Shown: positions 29,801 to 39,188 of the stretch, in pieces
Position numbering within the stretch: the stretch's first letter is position 1
How the letters are laid out: the number at the start of each line of letters is the position of its first letter
Origin: an uncultured Clostridia bacterium
GTDB lineage: Bacteria; Bacillota; Clostridia; TANB77; CAG-508
Reading direction: 5' to 3'
Length of the DNA stretch: 52,518 nucleotides
NCBI GenBank assembly: GCA_947632535.1
Contig: CANRPR010000003.1
Span: 1-52,518 of the forward strand
The notes under the pieces: model-generated
What the model saw: the letters and a program-made list of their open reading frames with translations, nothing else
What the model was told of the DNA's origin: nothing
Databases searched by the model: none
Program-made: the position numbers and the translations under genes

Positions 29801-31561
29801 CTATTTCTCTACATCTAGCTTTATATGTACTTCTTTTAATTGTTTTTCGGTAACAACACTTGGTGCTCTCATAAGTAAATCTCTTGCTTTTTTGTTCTTT
29901 GGAAATGCTATTACCTGTCTTAAATTTTCTTCGTTTGCAATTAACATTACCATTCTATCCAATCCAGGCGCTGCACCTGCGTGTGGTGGTGTTCCATATT
30001 GGAAAGCATTAAATAATGCTCCAAATCTTTCTTCTACATCTTTTCTTGAATATCCTGCTATTTCAAATGCTTTTACCATTAACTCTGGATCATGATTTCT
30101 TACCGCTCCTGATGCCATCTCATATCCATTACATACAACATCATACTGGTATGCTAATATTTCTAGTGGATTTTTATTTAATAAGCTATCCATTCCACCT
30201 TGTGGCATAGAAAATGGATTGTGGTTAAAGTCTATTGTTCCTTCATCTGATAATTCATACATTGGAAAATCTACTATAAAACAAAAACGATATACATCTT
30301 TTTCTAGTAAGTCTAGTCTTTTACCTAGTTCTATTCTGATTCCACCTGCAATTTTTTGTGCAGTTTCTAATTTATCTGCAATGAAGAATATTGCAGAATT
30401 TTTTTGTGCTTTGGTTAATTCAAGTAATTTATTTTTTTCCTCTTCATTAATAAATTTTGAAATTCCTCCGCTTAAGTTTTTATCTTCTTCTACTTTTACC
30501 CATGCCAATCCCTTTGCTCCTAATTCTTCAGTCGCAAATGTAGACATATTATCAAAGAATTTTCTTGGTTGTTCAACTGCATTTTCTACACAAATTACTT
30601 TAACAGTTTTATCTTTAAATGCATTGAATTCCGTGTTATTAAAAATTTCTGTTGCATCTTCTATAATTAATGGATTTCTTAAATCTGGCTTATCTATACC
30701 ATATTTATCCATTGCTTCTTTATATGTAATTCTTCTAAATGGACCCTTATCTACTTTCCATGTAGAATGTTTTTCAAATACATATGGTATAACTTCTTCT
30801 AATACTTTAAATACATCTTCTTGTGTTGCAAAAGACATTTCAAAATCTAGTTGATAAAATTCTCCTGGTGCTCTATCTGCCCTTGGATCTTCATCTCTAA
30901 AACATGGTGCAATTTGATAATACTTGTTAAATCCTGCTACCATTAATAACTGTTTAAATTGTTGTGGTGCCTGAGGCAATGCATAAAACTCTCCTGGATG
31001 TAATCTGCTTGGTACTAAGAAATCTCTTGCACCCTCTGGCGATGAATTGGCTAGTATTGGTGTTTGAATCTCTGTAAAGCCTAATTCGTCCATCTTATTT
31101 CTTAAAGTTTTCATAATTTGTGATCTTAATAATATATTTTTATGAATATGATCATTTCTTAAATCTAAAAATCTATATTCTAAACGCAAATCCTCTCTTG
31201 CAGTATTATCTTCTGTTGTATTTATTTCAAATGGTAATACATTTTTGCATTTTCCAAGCATTGTAATGTTTTTGGCTACCACTTCTATATTACCAGTTGC
31301 TATTTTTTCATTTTTACTTGCTCTTTCAACTACTTTTCCAGATACGCTGATACAGCATTCTGTAGTTAAGTCCTCACATTGCTTAATAATATTTTCTTCG
31401 TTTTCAATTACAATTTGCGTAATTCCAAATTCGTCTCTTAAATCAATAAATCTCATTCCGCCTAAATTTCTAATTCTTTGTACCCATCCTGCTAATTTAA
31501 TCTCTTCACCAAGATTTGTTTCGTTTAATTCTCCACAATTGTGTGTTCTATATTCGTTCAT
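29801..31561 (-). CDS. aspS: aspartate--tRNA ligase
   Basis: 586 aa, bacterial-type AspRS (RTHNCGEL..., FRDEDPRADR, GLDRMVML). Confidence 0.95.
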   Translation of the reverse strand: MNEYRTHNCGELNETNLGEEIKLAGWVQRIRNLGGMRFIDLRDEFGITQIVIENEENIIKQCEDLTTECCISVSGKVVERASKNEKIATGNIEVVAKNITMLGKCKNVLPFEINTTEDNTAREDLRLEYRFLDLRNDHIHKNILLRSQIMKTLRNKMDELGFTEIQTPILANSSPEGARDFLVPSRLHPGEFYALPQAPQQFKQLLMVAGFNKYYQIAPCFRDEDPRADRAPGEFYQLDFEMSFATQEDVFKVLEEVIPYVFEKHSTWKVDKGPFRRITYKEAMDKYGIDKPDLRNPLIIEDATEIFNNTEFNAFKDKTVKVICVENAVEQPRKFFDNMSTFATEELGAKGLAWVKVEEDKNLSGGISKFINEEEKNKLLELTKAQKNSAIFFIADKLETAQKIAGGIRIELGKRLDLLEKDVYRFCFIVDFPMYELSDEGTIDFNHNPFSMPQGGMDSLLNKNPLEILAYQYDVVCNGYEMASGAVRNHDPELMVKAFEIAGYSRKDVEERFGALFNAFQYGTPPHAGAAPGLDRMVMLIANEENLRQVIAFPKNKKARDLLMRAPSVVTEKQLKEVHIKLDVEK

Positions 31562-31663
31562 GTTTTGCCTCCTAAATTAATATGTTATTATTATATCACT
31601 TTTACTGACTATATTACAACATTTTTTATTAATATATATATATATTCTTGTATAATAATCGTC

Positions 31664-31692
31664 TTGATTTTTTATGTAAAATAGTTTATAAT
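31664..31692 (+). promoter_or_regulatory. sigma-A-type promoter for the orphan plus-strand gene
   Basis: TTGATT (31664-31669), 17 nt, TATAAT (31687-31692). Confidence 0.45.
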
Positions 31693-31741
31693 TGTTGTTG
31701 TAACTTTAGTGTTTTAACTTTACATTATTTTGGAGGTCAAC

Positions 31742-32116
31742 ATGAAAAGCGAAAGCTACACATCTTCACAACAAGAGCCACAGCAAGAACAAGAGGAATT
31801 TCTTTTTTTCGTAAAAGAATATTTGGAGTCAAATCATCCTCCTCTATCTGCTGAACACAAAGACGCGGACACGGCATCGTTTTCTTTTGAAGATGGTAAG
31901 TATGGTAAAGTAACCGTATTATTCTTCAAGGGAGGACACGATGTTTTCCGCTATTATGCACATTGTGTAAATGCGCCACAAAGCAGTCCTTTATCGAGAC
32001 TGATTGCTGCTACACCTAATAATACTGCTATTGGCAATTTTTCTGTTCACTATAAAGAGAACAATATTACCAAGCATTATTATATCAATGTTGGTAAAAG
32101 CAGTGACGCTATGTAG
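31742..32116 (+). CDS. hypothetical protein (GC-rich orphan, 124 aa)
   Basis: GGAGGT RBS then ATG 31742. Acidic/Gln-rich N-terminus, then a mixed alpha/beta-looking core. Own promoter and terminator. No family recognised. Confidence 0.55.
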   Translation: MKSESYTSSQQEPQQEQEEFLFFVKEYLESNHPPLSAEHKDADTASFSFEDGKYGKVTVLFFKGGHDVFRYYAHCVNAPQSSPLSRLIAATPNNTAIGNFSVHYKENNITKHYYINVGKSSDAM

Positions 32117-32118
32117 CC

Positions 32119-32178
32119 GAAATAACCACCCTATTAGCTAGAATTTAGCATAATTTGGGTGGTTATTTCTTTTTATTT
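32119..32178 (+). terminator. intrinsic terminator of the orphan gene
   Basis: GAAATAACCACCC (32119-32131) pairs with GGGTGGTTATTTC (32157-32169), followed by TTTTTATTT. Confidence 0.75.
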
Positions 32179-34123
32179 AACAGTATTTTTCTATTTTTTC
32201 TTTTACCATATCAATAAAATCATTTACCTTCATTGCACCTGTGTCGCCTTGCTCTCTTGTACGAACTGCAACAGTTTGTTCTTCCTGCTCTTTATCGCCT
32301 ACTACAAGCATATATGGTATTTTTTGTAATTGTGCTTCACGAATTTTGTAACCAGTTTTTTCATTTCTGCTATCTACTTCAACTCGTAATCCAGCCTCTT
32401 CCATTACATCCTTTATTTTTTCTGCATATTCCAAATGCTTTTCAGATATAGGCAAAATTCTAACTTGCACTGGAGAAATCCATATTGGGAATGCTCCTGC
32501 AAAATGCTCTGTCAAAAGACCTATAAATCTTTCAAATGAACCATATATTGCTCTATGTACTAATATAGGTGTTTTTTTGTTTCCGTCCATATCTATGTAT
32601 GAAAGATTAAATCTTAATGGTAATTGGAAATCAAGTTGTATTGTTCCCATTTGCCATTGTCTTCCTAAACAATCTTTCATTTGTATATCTAATTTTGGTC
32701 CGTAGAATGCTCCGTCCTTTTCTTTTATAGGATAATTTCCTTCGCCATACATTTCATTTAGTATTGATTTCAATTCCTCTTCTGCCTTATTCCACAACTC
32801 TATATCTCCCATAAAATCGTCTGGTCTGGTTGAAAGTGCTGGAACAAATTCTAATCCAAATACTCCATAAAATACTTTGGCAAGTTCCAAAATGCTCTTT
32901 ATTTCGTCTTTAATTTGTGTTTCAGTTATAAAATTATGAGAATCATCTTGTCTAAACTCTCTAACTCTAAATAATCCATTTAACTGTCCTGATTTTTCGT
33001 TTCTATGAATAACATCAACATCATTAAATCTAAGAGGTAAGTCTTTATAACTTCTTAACTTAGTTTGGTAAACCTTTATAGCATTAGGGCAGTTCATTGG
33101 CTTTATTGCTTGTTCATTGCCATCAGCATCAGTTAAAACATACATATCCTCTTTATAGTGATCCCAATGCCCAGATGTTTTCCATAACTCACTGCTATTT
33201 ATCTGTGGACCTGAAAACTCCATATATCCTCTTTTTTTATGTTCTTTTCTCCAAAATGAAATTAATGTGTTCATTATTGTTAAGCCATTTGGTAGCCAAT
33301 ATGCCATACCAGGTGCAGTTTCGTCAAAGAAAAATAATTCTAGCTCTTTACCTAATTTTCTATGATCCCTCTTCTTTGCTTCTTCAATCATATTAATATA
33401 TTCTTCTAATTGACTAGTCTTTGGGAAAGAAATACCATAAACCCTTTGTAACATCTTATTATGCTCATCACCTCTCCAATAAGCACCAGAAGCAGACAAC
33501 AATTTTACCGCCTTCACTTTACCAGTACTCATTAAATGTGGACCTGCACATAAATCTACAAACTCACCTTGCCTGTAAAAAGAAATTTCTTCACCATCTG
33601 GCAACTCTTTTATCAACTCAACCTTATATGGTTCTTTTCTCTCCTCCATAAACTTAATTGCTTCATCTCTTGGCAAAGTAAACCTTTCAATTGGTAAATC
33701 TTCCTTAATAATCTTCTTCATTTCATTTTCAATTTTTTCAAAATCATCTGAAGAGATATTCCTATCAACATCAAAATCATAGTAAAAACCATCATCGATT
33801 GCAGGTCCTATTGTAAGCTTTATATTACTATCATTATCATATAACCTTTTAATAGCCTGTGCCATAATATGAGATGTAGTATGCCAGTAAGCCTTCTTGC
33901 CCTCTTCAGAATCAAATGTCAAAATACTCACTTCACAATCATGTTCCAATTTAGTTCTCAAATCCTGTACCTTGCCATCTACCAAAGCCACAGTAGCAAC
34001 CCTTGCTAAGCCCTCACTAATTTGCTTTGCAAGTTCTATAACACTGCATCCTTTCTCAACCTCCTTAATAGAGCCATCTTTCAACCTAACATTCACCATT
34101 GATTTTTCCGTTGTTTTTTCCAT
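32177..34123 (-). CDS. thrS: threonine--tRNA ligase
   Basis: 648 aa with TGS, editing (HTTSHIMAQA) and class II catalytic domains. Preceded by a T-box leader. Confidence 0.97.
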   Translation of the reverse strand: MEKTTEKSMVNVRLKDGSIKEVEKGCSVIELAKQISEGLARVATVALVDGKVQDLRTKLEHDCEVSILTFDSEEGKKAYWHTTSHIMAQAIKRLYDNDSNIKLTIGPAIDDGFYYDFDVDRNISSDDFEKIENEMKKIIKEDLPIERFTLPRDEAIKFMEERKEPYKVELIKELPDGEEISFYRQGEFVDLCAGPHLMSTGKVKAVKLLSASGAYWRGDEHNKMLQRVYGISFPKTSQLEEYINMIEEAKKRDHRKLGKELELFFFDETAPGMAYWLPNGLTIMNTLISFWRKEHKKRGYMEFSGPQINSSELWKTSGHWDHYKEDMYVLTDADGNEQAIKPMNCPNAIKVYQTKLRSYKDLPLRFNDVDVIHRNEKSGQLNGLFRVREFRQDDSHNFITETQIKDEIKSILELAKVFYGVFGLEFVPALSTRPDDFMGDIELWNKAEEELKSILNEMYGEGNYPIKEKDGAFYGPKLDIQMKDCLGRQWQMGTIQLDFQLPLRFNLSYIDMDGNKKTPILVHRAIYGSFERFIGLLTEHFAGAFPIWISPVQVRILPISEKHLEYAEKIKDVMEEAGLRVEVDSRNEKTGYKIREAQLQKIPYMLVVGDKEQEEQTVAVRTREQGDTGAMKVNDFIDMVKEKIEKYC

Positions 34124-34145
34124 AACATATTACCTCCTTATCATT

Positions 34146-34200
34146 GTCCAATTGGGGACGGTTCTTTTTTGGACATTTTGTCCAATTAGGGACGCTTCTC
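34146..34200 (-). repeat. composite intergenic repeat, copy B (reverse orientation) in the thrS 5' UTR
   Basis: The reverse complement reads GAGAAGCGTCCCTAATTGGACAAAATGTCCAAAAAAGAACCGTCCCCAATTGGAC. It lies between the T-box terminator and the thrS AAGGAGG RBS. Confidence 0.85.
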
Positions 34201-34214
34201 CAATTTTTATTTTA

Positions 34215-34430
34215 GTATAAAAAAATACACATCCCAAATGCATATTAAAATTGCATTTAGGTGTGCTTTTATTACACGGTTCCAACCTAATTTTTAACTT
34301 ATTTTAATTATAACGTAATTACCGCTTAGTTTTGCTAAGAACTTTGTAAGAGTAGTATTTCAAATACATTTTCTTAAGTTAGCTTTCAGCCTATGACTAA
34401 CTCTCTCTTTAAGCAACCCTTATTTTACTT
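34215..34430 (-). promoter_or_regulatory. T-box riboswitch leader (Thr specifier) of thrS
   Basis: Minus strand has the AGAGAGAG stem I motif, Thr codons ACU-A / ACA-A in the specifier region, the T-box sequence AAAUUAGGUUGGAACCGUG, then the terminator CACACCUAAAUGCA...UGCAUUUGGGAUGUGU plus U7. Confidence 0.85.
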
Positions 34431-34467
34431 GTTTCTTATATTGTTTTTATTATTTTTACATATTGTT

Positions 34468-34496
34468 ATTTTACTACTTTATTTATTCGTTGTCAA
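34468..34496 (-). promoter_or_regulatory. sigma-A-type promoter of the thrS leader
   Basis: Minus strand TTGACA (34496-34491), 17 nt, TAAAAT (34473-34468). Confidence 0.55.
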
Positions 34497-34600
34497 TATA
34501 ACATAAAAAATTACATAAAAAAACTGCTAGACATGCTTGATGCTTAACAGTTTTTTTATTATTTATATGTTTTTTAGTGTGTTGCTTTGTATATTTTTTA

Positions 34601-34656
34601 GAGAAGCGTCCCTAATTGGACAAAATGTCCAAAAAAGAACCGTCCCCATTTGGACA
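34601..34656 (+). repeat. composite intergenic repeat, copy C
   Basis: GAGAAGCGTCCCTAATTGGACAAAATGTCCAAAAAAGAACCGTCCCCATTTGGAC, ending 4 nt from the rplQ stop codon (34660-34662). Confidence 0.85.
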
Positions 34657-34659
34657 CTA

Positions 34660-35184
34660 TTATAATAGTTGTAATAGTGCAGTTGGAGCTGCATCTCCTT
34701 TTCTTACACCTGTTTTTACAATGCGTGTGTATCCACCAACATTGTTTGTATATTTTGGTGCTATTTCGTTGAATAGTTTTGATGTTAAATCTACATTTTT
34801 TCCATCTGCATCTTTAACTTTGTTAATCATTTTCATCATTTTTCTTCTTGCATTTAATCTAGATGGCATGTCTTTTTGTTTTTGTACTGTTTTTTCTTCT
34901 TTTACAACTCTTAAATATTCTTTACCGTTTTTGCTTTTTACTTTTTCGGTTTCTTTATTTCCGTTACCATCTAATTTTGCTGTAACTACTTTTACATCAA
35001 CCATTTCATAGTTATCTTTTTCTTTAACAGCTAGTGCAATCAAACTATCTGCTATTGCTTTTACTTCTTTAGCTCTAGTTTCTGTTGTTTCAATTTTACC
35101 ATGTAAAATTAAATCAGTTGTTAAAGTTTTTAACATTGCTAATCTTTGGTCTGTAGTTCTTCCTAATTTTCTATTTCTAGCCAA
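34660..35184 (-). CDS. rplQ: 50S ribosomal protein L17 (with ~50-aa internal insertion)
   Basis: RKLGRTTDQRLAMLKTLTTDLILHGKIETTETRAKE and GGYTRIVKTGVRKGDAAP are canonical L17. Probable TTG start at 35184 after AGAGGTGA. Confidence 0.93.
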   Translation of the reverse strand: MARNRKLGRTTDQRLAMLKTLTTDLILHGKIETTETRAKEVKAIADSLIALAVKEKDNYEMVDVKVVTAKLDGNGNKETEKVKSKNGKEYLRVVKEEKTVQKQKDMPSRLNARRKMMKMINKVKDADGKNVDLTSKLFNEIAPKYTNNVGGYTRIVKTGVRKGDAAPTALLQLL

Positions 35185-35268
35185 TTTATTCACCTCTTAT
35201 TAATTTTTTAGTTACTTGTTATATTTATTAAGCCTATATTTTATTAAGTTTTGCCTACTTTTTCTTGT

Positions 35269-36216
35269 TTAATCTTCTTCAGCTGCGAAATCTAATCCTA
35301 ATGAATGTACTTTATGAGTAATTTCGTCTAATGATTTTTTACCTAAATTTCTTACTTTCATCATTTCATTTTCTGTTTTATTAGTTAAGTCTTCTACTGT
35401 AGATATTCCAGCTCTTTTTAAACAATTAAAAGATCTAACTGACAATTCTAATTCTTCAATAGACATTTCTAATACTTTCTCTTTTTTAGATTCTTCCTTT
35501 TCAATCATTACTTGAGTATTTTTTGTGGTTTCTGATAAATCTATAAATATTTCCAAATGTCCTGTCATAACTTTAGCAGCTAAGCTTAAGGCTTCATATG
35601 CTTTTAGGCTTCCATCTGTCCATATTTCCATAATTAATTTATCATAATCTACCATTTGTCCAACTCTTGTGTTTTGAACTTGATAATTAACTTTTTTTAC
35701 TGGAGTATATATAGAGTCGATTGGTAATACAGATATATCTTGATTTGGTTTTTTATTTTTATCTGCACTGTTGTATCCTCTTCCTCTATCAACTGTCATT
35801 TCCATTTTTAAAGTTCCACCTTCTGAAACAGTAGCAATATGTAAGTCTGGGTTTAATACTTCTACTGTACTGTCAGTAATAATGTCTCCTGCTGTAACTT
35901 CTCCTTCTCCTTTAAAGTCGATTCTTATAGTTTTTTCTTCATTATCAAATGTTTTTAATCTAACACTTTTCAAATTAACTATTATTTCTGGTACATCTTC
36001 AACAACATTTGGTATTGTTGAAAATTCATGTACCACACCATCTATTTTTACACTTGTTATAGCACTTCCTGGAAGAGACGACAATAATATTCTTCTTAAT
36101 GAATTTCCAATTGTTACACCATATCCTCTTTCTAATGGTTCGCATACAAATTTTGCATAATTGTTATCCTCATCTACTTCTAAACATTCTATATTTGGCT
36201 TTTCAAATTCTATCAT
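35269..36216 (-). CDS. rpoA: DNA-directed RNA polymerase subunit alpha
   Basis: 315 aa with [28 protein letters not shown] and the C-terminal-domain segment [16 protein letters not shown]. Confidence 0.98.
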   Translation of the reverse strand: MIEFEKPNIECLEVDEDNNYAKFVCEPLERGYGVTIGNSLRRILLSSLPGSAITSVKIDGVVHEFSTIPNVVEDVPEIIVNLKSVRLKTFDNEEKTIRIDFKGEGEVTAGDIITDSTVEVLNPDLHIATVSEGGTLKMEMTVDRGRGYNSADKNKKPNQDISVLPIDSIYTPVKKVNYQVQNTRVGQMVDYDKLIMEIWTDGSLKAYEALSLAAKVMTGHLEIFIDLSETTKNTQVMIEKEESKKEKVLEMSIEELELSVRSFNCLKRAGISTVEDLTNKTENEMMKVRNLGKKSLDEITHKVHSLGLDFAAEED

Positions 36217-36249
36217 TTTTACCTCCCTATATTAAGGTCTACTTAATTA

Positions 36250-36876
36250 CTATTTTGAATAAAGCTCTACTATTAAGTGTTCTTCTACTGGTAAGTCGAT
36301 GTCTTCTCTTGTTGCAAGTCTTATTACTTTTCCACTTAACTTCTCAGCGTCTTTTTGTAACCATGCTGGAACTGGTCTTGAAGCTAATGCTTCAACATTC
36401 TCCTTTATAACTGGACTATCTTTTCTAATTTCTCTAACAGCTATAACATCTCCTTCTTTTACTAAGTATGATGCGATATCTACCTTTTTACCATTTACTT
36501 CAAAATGTCCATGATTTACAAGTTGTCTTGCTTGTGGTCTTGAACTGCCATATCCTAATCTATATACAACATTGTCTAATCTACTTTCTAATATTTGAAG
36601 TAAGTTATCTCCAGTAATTCCTTTTTTATTTGAAGCCATCTCAAAATATTTTCTAAATTGCTTTTCTCCTACTCCATAAAATGCTTTTGTTTTTTGTTTT
36701 TCTCTTAATTGAGTACCGTATTCAGAAAGTTTACCATTCTTTTGTCCATGTTGTCCTGGTGCATAATTTCTTCTAGAAATTGCACATTTATCAGTATAAC
36801 ATCTTGTACCCTTTAAGAATAGTTTTTGACCTTCTCTACGGCAAATACGGCATTGTTCATCTTTATATCTTGCCAT
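36250..36876 (-). CDS. rpsD: 30S ribosomal protein S4
   Basis: [23 protein letters not shown]...; alpha operon position. Confidence 0.97.
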   Translation of the reverse strand: MARYKDEQCRICRREGQKLFLKGTRCYTDKCAISRRNYAPGQHGQKNGKLSEYGTQLREKQKTKAFYGVGEKQFRKYFEMASNKKGITGDNLLQILESRLDNVVYRLGYGSSRPQARQLVNHGHFEVNGKKVDIASYLVKEGDVIAVREIRKDSPVIKENVEALASRPVPAWLQKDAEKLSGKVIRLATREDIDLPVEEHLIVELYSK

Positions 36877-36950
36877 AATGTTCTTTACACCTCTTTCATA
36901 AAATTATTTGATTTATTTTCTTCTTATTTTTTACTATTATAAATTTGCTA

Positions 36951-37352
36951 TTATACCCTTCTTCTTTTTGGTGGTCTACAACCATTATGTGGTATTGGCG
37001 TTACATCCTTAATAGCACTAATTTCTAAACCAGCAGTTTGAAGTGAACGAATTGCAGCTTCACGACCTGAACCTGGTCCTCTTACGAATACTTCTACAGT
37101 TTTTAATCCATGTTCCATACCTGCTTTAGCAGCTGTTGTTGCAGCTTCTCCAGCAGCAAATGGTGTGCTTTTTTTAGAACCTTTAAAACCTAATTCTCCT
37201 GCACTTGCCCATGAAATTACATTTCCTTGTGTATCTGTAATTGTAACGATTGTATTATTAAATGTTGAATGAATATGTGCTGCACCTTTTTCAATATTTT
37301 TTCTATTTTTTCTAGGTGTTTTCTTTACTACAGTAGTTTTCTTATTAGCCAT
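36951..37352 (-). CDS. rpsK: 30S ribosomal protein S11
   Basis: [18 protein letters not shown] and [13 protein letters not shown]. Confidence 0.97.
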   Translation of the reverse strand: MANKKTTVVKKTPRKNRKNIEKGAAHIHSTFNNTIVTITDTQGNVISWASAGELGFKGSKKSTPFAAGEAATTAAKAGMEHGLKTVEVFVRGPGSGREAAIRSLQTAGLEISAIKDVTPIPHNGCRPPKRRRV

Positions 37353-37368
37353 TTGGTTTTATACCTCC

Positions 37369-37740
37369 TTATTTTTTACTCTTACTAACTAATTTTCTTG
37401 GACCTTTTCTTGTACGAGCATTAGTTTTTGTTCTTTGTCCTCTTACAGGTAGTCCTCTTCTATGTCTTAATCCTCTATAACAACCAATTTCAGTAAGTCT
37501 TTTGATATTTAAGGCAACTTCTCGTCTTAAATCACCTTCTAATTTGTATTCATCTTCTTCAAGTACTTTTCTTATACTGCTTACTTGGTCATCAGTTAAA
37601 TCTTTTACTCTTGTATCTGGGTTAACTCCAGCTTTTTTTAGTATTTTTTGAGAACTTGAAAGTCCTATTCCATAGATATAGGTAAGTCCTACTTCAACTC
37701 TTTTTTCTCTAGGTAAATCTACTCCTGCTATACGAGCCAT
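37369..37740 (-). CDS. rpsM: 30S ribosomal protein S13
   Basis: [26 protein letters not shown]. Start at ATG 37740 after GGAGGTGC. The longer ORF-track N-terminus is non-coding. Confidence 0.96.
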   Translation of the reverse strand: MARIAGVDLPREKRVEVGLTYIYGIGLSSSQKILKKAGVNPDTRVKDLTDDQVSSIRKVLEEDEYKLEGDLRREVALNIKRLTEIGCYRGLRHRRGLPVRGQRTKTNARTRKGPRKLVSKSKK

Positions 37741-37920
37741 ATATTTTTGCACCTCCAAAATTATTGTTTTTGTTATTATATCTTTCAATAAAAGTGAAAT
37801 GTACATGAACCGGATTACTTCATGTAAGTGTCTTTTTTCTACTCAATATAAATGTATATAAACACAAAACTATATTTATCAGCCGCTACATAGTTTTGTG
37901 TTAATATCAATTGTTTTTTA

Positions 37921-38034
37921 CTATCCTTGTCTTTGTTTGTGTTTAGGATTTTCACAAATTACTCTTATTTTTCCTTTTCTTTTTATAACCTTACACTTTT
38001 CGCATATTGGTTTTACAGATGGTCTTACTTTCAT
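37921..38034 (-). CDS. rpmJ: 50S ribosomal protein L36
   Basis: Own translation: [49 protein letters not shown]. Too short for the ORF track. Confidence 0.95.
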   Translation of the reverse strand: MKVRPSVKPICEKCKVIKRKGKIRVICENPKHKQRQG

Positions 38035-38116
38035 TTCTTTCACCTCTCTTAGTTTTATCTATTTTTGGGTTAAAAGTTTTATTTATATAAAATTAAAATG
38101 ATGTATATCACTTTAA

Positions 38117-38335
38117 TTATTTAGCACGCCATGTGATTCTACCACGCGATAAATCATAAGGTGAAAGTTCTACTTTTACTTTATCTCCTGGTAGTATTTT
38201 GATATAATTCATTCTTAATTTTCCAGAAATATGTGCCAATATTTGATGCCCATTTTCTAGTTCTACTTTAAAATTAGTATTTGGTAATGTTTCTACAACA
38301 GTTCCCTCTACTTCAATTACATCTTCTTTTGCCAA
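38117..38335 (-). CDS. infA: translation initiation factor IF-1
   Basis: (M)[29 protein letters not shown]... Probable TTG start at 38335, 8 nt after AAAGGAG. Confidence 0.96.
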   Translation of the reverse strand: MAKEDVIEVEGTVVETLPNTNFKVELENGHQILAHISGKLRMNYIKILPGDKVKVELSPYDLSRGRITWRAK

Positions 38336-38410
38336 TTTTTTCACTCCTTTTAAGTTTAAAATGTTTCATAAGCATTTTTAACTTTACACAATTAGCTTAT
38401 ATATTATATA

Positions 38411-39187
38411 TTATTTTCTAATTATTGTCAATATTTCTGGTTCATTTTCTGTAATTAATATTGTATTTTCATAATGTGCTGATAATTCTCCATCTTCTGT
38501 TATTATTGTCCAGCCATCTTCTAATTGCAAAATATCTGGTTTTCCTGCCATAACCATTGGCTCTACTGCTAGTGTCATGCCTGGTTCTAGTCTTATACCT
38601 CTACCAGCCTTTCCGTAATTAGGTATACCCGGATCCTCATGCATACTTCTTCCTATACCATGACCTTGGAACTCTTTTACAACACTATAGCCTTTTTTTT
38701 GCACAAATTCGCCTATTGCATGAGATATATCTCCAATTCTATAACCTGGTTTTGCAAATTTTATTCCTTCATAGAAAGCTTGCTTAGTTACATTTATTAA
38801 ATTTTGCGCTTTAGAGCTAATTTTTCCTACTGCATATGTTCTTGCTGCATCTCCATTGTATCCATTTTTGTATGCTACTAAATCAACACTAACAATATCT
38901 CCATCCTTTAGTACAACTCTAGAAGATGGGATTCCATGGATTACTTCATCATTGACAGAAGCACATATTGATGCTGGAAAATCCATAACTCCCTTTTCTC
39001 CACTTGGATAGCCTTTTTCAGCTGGGATTCCTCCGTTTTCTCTTATTACTTTTTCTGCAACCCTATCTAACTCTAAAGTTGTTATTCCTGGTCTTATTAT
39101 TTTTGCGATTTCTTCATGTACTAATGCTGTTACTCTACAAGCTTCTCTCATTAACTCTATTTCTCTTTTTGACTTAATTTCTACCAT
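38411..39187 (-). CDS. map: type I methionine aminopeptidase
   Basis: 258 aa with metal-ligand segments (VSVDL, GDAARTY, GHGIG, AVEPM) and the position adk-map-infA. Confidence 0.96.
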   Translation of the reverse strand: MVEIKSKREIELMREACRVTALVHEEIAKIIRPGITTLELDRVAEKVIRENGGIPAEKGYPSGEKGVMDFPASICASVNDEVIHGIPSSRVVLKDGDIVSVDLVAYKNGYNGDAARTYAVGKISSKAQNLINVTKQAFYEGIKFAKPGYRIGDISHAIGEFVQKKGYSVVKEFQGHGIGRSMHEDPGIPNYGKAGRGIRLEPGMTLAVEPMVMAGKPDILQLEDGWTIITEDGELSAHYENTILITENEPEILTIIRK

Positions 39188-39188
39188 T

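Noticed and set aside
34620-34645. Repeat-unit palindrome TTGGACAAAATGTCCAA as a Rho-independent terminator
   Set aside because: The stem is followed by an A-run in one orientation and preceded by the T-run in the other, so neither transcript gets a hairpin followed by a U-tract. The separate hairpins at 395-419 and 39964-39995 are the better terminator candidates.
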